IMG/VR virus record: IMGVR_UViG_3300031758_000053
DNA length: 20,000 bases
Direction: 5' to 3' (one strand)
Origin: an uncultured virus (IMG/VR IMGVR_UViG_3300031758_000053)
Lineage: Duplodnaviria > Heunggongvirae > Uroviricota > Caudoviricetes
A program made the position numbers and the translations under genes. Below, in pieces: positions 15,949 through 20,000 of this stretch (within the stretch, counting starts at the first letter, position 1; the number at the start of each line of letters is the position of its first letter). The notes beneath the pieces are model-generated. The model saw nothing but the letters and a program-made list of their open reading frames with translations. It did not search any database and was not told where the DNA came from.

Positions 15949-16215
15949 GTTCTTCCGCCTACCGGGGCTATCACCCAGCCCTTGAGAATGTAGGTGCGAC
16001 AGACTCAGATAAGCGTGGTTCACCGGGCATGTGTCTCCTCCAACAGGTCGGGGCAGAGAAAAACCGGGCGGCAGGATTGACCAGACTGCCGTGTCCTAGA
16101 TAAACGAGAGCACCCACTGCCACGCAGTGTGTACCCGGCCTCCGGGTGCGCAGACGTTGGTCAGGCTGGGTCTGCCACACACTACTCAGTTTGTGTCTTT
16201 ATCTTAGGAGTAACC

Positions 16216-16407
16216 ATGAAGAAGTTTGTCATCCCTGTGATGTTGTCTGCCCTCTTGATGTCTGGCCCAGCAATGGCCTTTATGACATTGAAGTCCTGCA
16301 ACATGGTGAACACCATGAATGGTGTTCGGTGGCTCGGTGTGTACTGTGACTCACAGAGGAACTGCGTCCAGCAGTTGTTCTCTGAGTACTGCCCTTACAT
16401 GATCTGA
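16216..16407 (+). CDS. Small secreted protein with four Cys (63 aa)
   Basis: AGGAG RBS; signal peptide MKKFVIPVMLSALLMSGPAMA; mature part has 4 Cys. Confidence 0.8.
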   Translation: MKKFVIPVMLSALLMSGPAMAFMTLKSCNMVNTMNGVRWLGVYCDSQRNCVQQLFSEYCPYMI

Positions 16408-16417
16408 GGTGGGCATC

Positions 16418-16753
16418 ATGGAGCAAATGTCTTTTGATCTGTCCCAGGGCAGAACCCAAAGAGACACAGGGGCCTTGAGGGCTCTTGTAAACGCTGGTGA
16501 CTCATGGCATGAGAGGGCAAGTGATCTTGCCCTTTCCTTTTTTAAGTCTGCCGGATACGAGGGTTCCCTATTTGAAGATGCGCGGAATTACGCTACGCTC
16601 TTTGATCTGCCCCCGCCCCCGAGCCCCAATGCTTGGGGGGCAGTCTGCCTCAGTCTCAGTAGACGCCGCCTCATTGAGAAGACTGGTGTTTACATGAACA
16701 GCAAGAACGTCACCAGTCATGCGCGGGCACAGCCCGTATGGAGGATCAAGTGA
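16418..16753 (+). CDS. Conserved phage hypothetical protein (possible winged-helix)
   Basis: PPPSPNAWGAV..RRRLIEKTG..SHAR..VW motif. Confidence 0.75.
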   Translation: MEQMSFDLSQGRTQRDTGALRALVNAGDSWHERASDLALSFFKSAGYEGSLFEDARNYATLFDLPPPPSPNAWGAVCLSLSRRRLIEKTGVYMNSKNVTSHARAQPVWRIK

Positions 16754-16986
16754 GAGACTACAAACAAGAATACAAAACGCAGAAGGCCAGGGACGAACAC
16801 CCTGACCGCATGGAGAGGCAGAGAGCAAGACGCAAGCTCGATGCCAAGGGTGTAAACAGGGCAGGAAAAGACGTAAGTCATGTCAAAGCCTTGTCAAAGG
16901 GCGGCTCCAACAGTGATGGCATCAGGCTAGAGCCGCCGTCCAAGAACCGCTCTTTTCCCAGGACTAAGACGGGCGCGATGAAATGA
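16750..16986 (+). CDS. Small HNH-like endonuclease
   Basis: RDYKQEY..RQRARR..GKDVSHVKALSKGGSN..KNRS; GTGA and ATGA coupling. Confidence 0.75.
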   Translation: MRDYKQEYKTQKARDEHPDRMERQRARRKLDAKGVNRAGKDVSHVKALSKGGSNSDGIRLEPPSKNRSFPRTKTGAMK

Positions 16987-18668
16987 TCGAAGCTCTCGTT
17001 GAGCAAACACGTTTCAACGATCAGGCCCGAGTGGTCTGCCCCTTCTGCGGGCCGGACCGAAGGAAAAGCAACTCAAAGGACATGACCCTGTCCAGAAAAG
17101 ATGATGGGGCAGTTGTCTATTTTTGCCATCACTGTGATGCACAGGGATCGGTACAACCAAAGAGGAGAATCCAATTGGCCGCAGTGCCTCAACCCAAAAT
17201 TGTGAGCAACGCTCTCAGTCAACATCATTACGAGTGGCTTGCCAAGCGCGGCATCAGCAAGTACACCGCAGACAAAGCCAAGCTGTTCAGCGCAGACAAA
17301 TGGTTCGCCCGTCTAAACAAGACCGCAGACTGCATCGGCTTTCCGTACTACCGAGACGGTGCCTTGGTCGCAGCCAAGTACCGCAGCTTCCCAGAGAAGG
17401 ACTTCACACAGGACTCAGGTGGAGCCCACGACTTCTTTGGGATTGATCAAGTGGACAAGGGTAAACCCTTGGTCATTGTCGAGGGAGAGATAGATGCCTT
17501 GACCCTCATGGAGGCAGGCATTGAGAACGCAGTGAGTGTGCCCTCAGGGGCACCCATCAAGGTGGCAGATGGCAAGGTTCTGCCCAGTGAAGACAAGAAG
17601 TTTGCTTATGTCTGGAACGCCAGAGAGATCATTGACGCAGTGCCTTATGTGGTGCTGGCAACAGATCAGGATGGACCAGGGCAGGCCCTAGCAGAAGAAC
17701 TCGCAAGGCGGATTGGCAAAGAGAAATGCCGGGTCGCCAAGTTTGATGCCAAAGACTTAAACGACATCTTCCTTGACCCAACACGGCAGGGAGCCGAATC
17801 GGTCAAGGAGGTAATCGAGAAAGCGCAGCCGTATCCGGTCTCAGGACTGTCTGATGCCGGGACGTATGAGGACCGTATAAACGATCTCTTCAACAAGGGC
17901 ACAGGCAAGGGATTCTCAACCGGCTACTCGTCTGTAGACAGCATTTACACAGTGGCACCGGGGCAGTTGACTGTGGTCACTGGATACCCATCCAGCGGCA
18001 AGAGCAACTTCATTGATCAGGTCATGGTCAATCTAGCGCGGGCCAATGACTGGAAGTTCGCAGTCTGTAGCTTTGAGAACCAGCCCGAGATTCACATCAC
18101 CCGCCTGATGGAGATCTACACGCAGAAGAGGTTTTTTGAAGGCAAGGAGCGGATGACCCAACACGAAAGGGATGCCGCATTCGCGTGGGTCAAGGAGCAC
18201 TTCCTCTTCATTGACTCCCAGGGCGAGGAACCCAACACCCTAGACAGCATCCTTGACCGTGCTCGGGTAGCAGTTAAACGCATGGGCGTGCGGGGATTGA
18301 TCATTGACCCGTACAACTACATAGATTTAAACAGAGACAACGCCACCGAGACTGAGGCGATCAGCAACATGCTGACTCGGGTGCAGAAGTTCTGCAAGGC
18401 GCATGACGTTCACACCTTCTTCATCGCCCACCCCAGCAAGATCAATCGTGCGGGCGTGGAACAGCCCCGCCCGGACGGCATGAGCATTAGCGGGTCAATG
18501 GCGTGGTGGGCAAAGACTGACAACGGGATCACCGTTCACAGGCAGGAGCAGTGGGTGGAGATCGCGGTCTGGAAGTGCAGATACCGATGGGTTGGCACCC
18601 AAGGGGAGACCTCCCTGCTGTACAACAAGACAGCAGGCACCTACTCAGAGAATCTAGACAAGTTCTGA
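16983..18668 (+). CDS. Bifunctional primase-helicase (T7 gp4 / Twinkle-like)
   Basis: Zn finger CPFC..CHHC; TOPRIM VEGEID and DQD; Walker A GYPSSGKS; Walker B IIDPYN; IAHP and ISGS SF4 motifs. Confidence 0.95.
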   Translation: MIEALVEQTRFNDQARVVCPFCGPDRRKSNSKDMTLSRKDDGAVVYFCHHCDAQGSVQPKRRIQLAAVPQPKIVSNALSQHHYEWLAKRGISKYTADKAKLFSADKWFARLNKTADCIGFPYYRDGALVAAKYRSFPEKDFTQDSGGAHDFFGIDQVDKGKPLVIVEGEIDALTLMEAGIENAVSVPSGAPIKVADGKVLPSEDKKFAYVWNAREIIDAVPYVVLATDQDGPGQALAEELARRIGKEKCRVAKFDAKDLNDIFLDPTRQGAESVKEVIEKAQPYPVSGLSDAGTYEDRINDLFNKGTGKGFSTGYSSVDSIYTVAPGQLTVVTGYPSSGKSNFIDQVMVNLARANDWKFAVCSFENQPEIHITRLMEIYTQKRFFEGKERMTQHERDAAFAWVKEHFLFIDSQGEEPNTLDSILDRARVAVKRMGVRGLIIDPYNYIDLNRDNATETEAISNMLTRVQKFCKAHDVHTFFIAHPSKINRAGVEQPRPDGMSISGSMAWWAKTDNGITVHRQEQWVEIAVWKCRYRWVGTQGETSLLYNKTAGTYSENLDKF

Positions 18669-18679
18669 TGACCCAACAC

Positions 18680-18703
18680 AAGGCCCCCAGCGGGGCCTTT
18701 TTT
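18680..18703 (+). terminator. Intrinsic terminator after primase-helicase
   Basis: AAGGCCCC-CAGC-GGGGCCTT followed by TTTT. Confidence 0.85.
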
Positions 18704-18771
18704 CTGAGTTCCCGGCTTTTACGATTTTGCTTAACGCGACATTTTTAACTTGATTGCGGGAAGTCAAATCC

Positions 18772-18800
18772 GTTTACACGGCCAAAGAGTATGTGTAAAC
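18772..18800. repeat. Inverted GTTTACAC / GTGTAAAC pair
   Basis: 8-bp arms with a 13-nt spacer, between two convergent terminators. Confidence 0.7.
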
Positions 18801-18844
18801 AGTGGCTCATGGGGTGAGCTACCGGGGAACAAAGGGAACCAAAC

Positions 18845-18867
18845 AAAAAAGCCCCCGAAGGGGCTTT
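18845..18867 (-). terminator. Intrinsic terminator of the right-hand leftward operon
   Basis: Minus strand GCCCC-TTCG-GGGGC-TTTTTT directly after the stop at 18867. Confidence 0.85.
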
Positions 18868-19091
18868 CATCGTTGACTCATCTTGTAGATGGCTGCCTCT
18901 AGCGTCTGACATCGGGACACAAAACGGGGCACCCGCTCTGCTGTCATCTCTCGGATGACCCATGACCCGTCCCATTCGATGAACTTCTCCTGTGGGTCAA
19001 TGAACCCGGCGTGGTTCTGAAGATCCACCTCGGGGTTTGCGTAGGCGGCTTTCAGAAAAGCCGGGGCTCGGTTGGTGATGACCTTGATCAT
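18867..19091 (-). CDS. Hypothetical protein (74 aa)
   Basis: ATGA coupling with the upstream gene; ends at the terminator. Confidence 0.65.
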   Translation of the reverse strand: MIKVITNRAPAFLKAAYANPEVDLQNHAGFIDPQEKFIEWDGSWVIREMTAERVPRFVSRCQTLEAAIYKMSQR

Positions 19092-19351
19092 CTCGGGTAT
19101 GCCATGTCCAGAATCTGCTCGGCCACGAAGTAACCCTCGGAGTCGGCTGCGCCGTACAGGCTGTGCATTTTGAGCGCGGCAATTACCCATCGCGCTGCCT
19201 CTTCCCGGTTGGATGCTGCGTTGATTGCCTTCTCTACGTCTTTGTTGAGAATGCGGGCCACATCATCGCGGCCAGCCTCCATGTATAAACACCACTCATC
19301 TGCGGTGAGGTTGATGCTGGCTTGCACCTTGTGCGTAATGGTCACGTTCAT
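19088..19351 (-). CDS. Hypothetical protein (YGAADSE motif)
   Basis: AGGAGG RBS, 87 aa. Confidence 0.8.
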   Translation of the reverse strand: MNVTITHKVQASINLTADEWCLYMEAGRDDVARILNKDVEKAINAASNREEAARWVIAALKMHSLYGAADSEGYFVAEQILDMAYPR

Positions 19352-19363
19352 GTTGCCTCCTGT

Positions 19364-19681
19364 TTACACAAGCCCATCGGGCACAATCACATCGTCGCCC
19401 AGCCTGGATGCCACGTAGCAGCGCATGGCTGCAATCAGGGGCGTGGGACCGCCCCAGCAGAATGCGACCGGGCTGTCGGCAGCCCACTCAACATCTGCCA
19501 TGTCGTCCGACTCGTCTGGGTAGATTGAAATGCTCTCCCGCTCAATGATCGGCCCTCCAAACGCCCAATTACGGGATGGCTTGTAGGTGTAATACCCGTC
19601 AGGGCTGAGATCAAAAACCTTACCCTCACACTTCGCCACCGCCCAATCGAGCGCGGCTCCGGTCAGTTCACTTGTCTTCAT
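19364..19681 (-). CDS. ninX: NinX family (DUF2591) protein
   Basis: SELTGAALDWAVAKCEG..PSRNWAFGGPIIERE..GPTPLIAAMRCYVASRLG. Confidence 0.85.
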   Translation of the reverse strand: MKTSELTGAALDWAVAKCEGKVFDLSPDGYYTYKPSRNWAFGGPIIERESISIYPDESDDMADVEWAADSPVAFCWGGPTPLIAAMRCYVASRLGDDVIVPDGLV

Positions 19682-19695
19682 GTCAATGCTCCTGT

Positions 19696-19866
19696 TTACA
19701 CATCAACGACTTCAATGTCGCACTCGTAATCGTCCGGATCACGGTCTGGATTGGTGCCCCATTCCGTATGCGCGAGGTTTTCAATCTCATCGTCATCTGC
19801 CCCTTCAGGCACATCAAATTCGATGTAATAAGTGACGGTCTCAGTCACGATTGCTTTGCGCTTCAT
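19696..19866 (-). CDS. Small acidic hypothetical protein (56 aa)
   Basis: Not in the ORF track. AGGAG RBS; MKRKAIVTETVTYYIEFDVPEGADDDEIENLAHTEWGTNPDRDPDDYECDIEVVDV. Confidence 0.8.
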   Translation of the reverse strand: MKRKAIVTETVTYYIEFDVPEGADDDEIENLAHTEWGTNPDRDPDDYECDIEVVDV

Positions 19867-19887
19867 GTTGCTTCTCCTGTTTACACA

Positions 19888-20000
19888 TCAAAATGGAATA
19901 GGGCCACCCAGGATGACCCGCCTAGCTTCTGCCTCATCCGGCAGTCTTTGTGCTGCCATGTCGCACAGGTCTTTGCCTTCTTTCAGGCCACACCCGAACT
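19888..20000 (-). CDS. Partial gene, ribosomal L7/L12 C-terminal-domain-like motif
   Basis: FGCGLKEGKDLCD...GGPIPF then TGA; resembles bL12 GLGLKEAKDLVE. Only 36 codons are visible. Confidence 0.5.
   Translation of the reverse strand, partial: FGCGLKEGKDLCDMAAQRLPDEAEARRVILGGPIPF

Larger units (their letters stand above)
19356..19887 (-). repeat. Three copies of TGTGTAAACAGGAG fused to RBSs
   Basis: CTCCTGTTTACACA at about 19357, 19689 and 19874 on the + strand, each 5-7 nt upstream of a minus-strand ATG. Confidence 0.85.

Noticed and set aside
15701..16180. Short ORFs across the control region
   Set aside because: No RBS or protein-like composition; the region is better explained by promoters and RNA structure.
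15850..16180. tRNA gene
   Set aside because: No T-loop GTTCRA or cloverleaf found.
18741..18767. Leftward promoter TTGACT...TAAAAAT
   Set aside because: Spacing is 14-15 nt rather than about 17, and it points into a terminator.
19356..19887. Repeats as a CRISPR or integron array
   Set aside because: Repeats are only 14 nt, contain RBSs, are separated by whole genes and lack attC-like palindromes.

Overview
A 20 kb piece of a dsDNA tailed-phage genome, of the type common in freshwater metagenomes; the host is probably a Betaproteobacterium (inference). (1) <1-7475 (+): a giant, 5'-truncated polyvalent/internal-virion-type protein. It carries a zincin-like HExxH domain, an HhH-glycosylase-like domain, a ParB/Srx-like domain and a C-terminal LPD38-like region. 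K-x-S-L-R motifs sit at its domain junctions, and two small RBS-led genes appear to be overprinted in the +1 frame of its linkers. (2) 15256-7462 (-): a tightly coupled operon of about 27 mostly small genes, including a PD-(D/E)XK exonuclease, a DUF1071/Sak3-like annealase, an SSB-like protein, RHH regulators, a Zn-ribbon protein, DUF3310 and a Ref/DUF968-like nuclease. One of its proteins contains a segment resembling a major-capsid N-terminal peptide. (3) rusA-like resolvase (+), then a divergent control region with a leftward anti-SD small RNA and a rightward c4/CI-like structured leader. (4) 16216-18668 (+): a small secreted Cys protein, an HNH-like protein and a Twinkle/T7-gp4-like primase-helicase. 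(5) 18867->20000 (-): early-type small genes (NinX, an L7/L12-like fragment) whose RBSs are fused to a repeated TGTGTAAACAGGAG motif. Family assignments come from motif recognition and recall, not from database searches.
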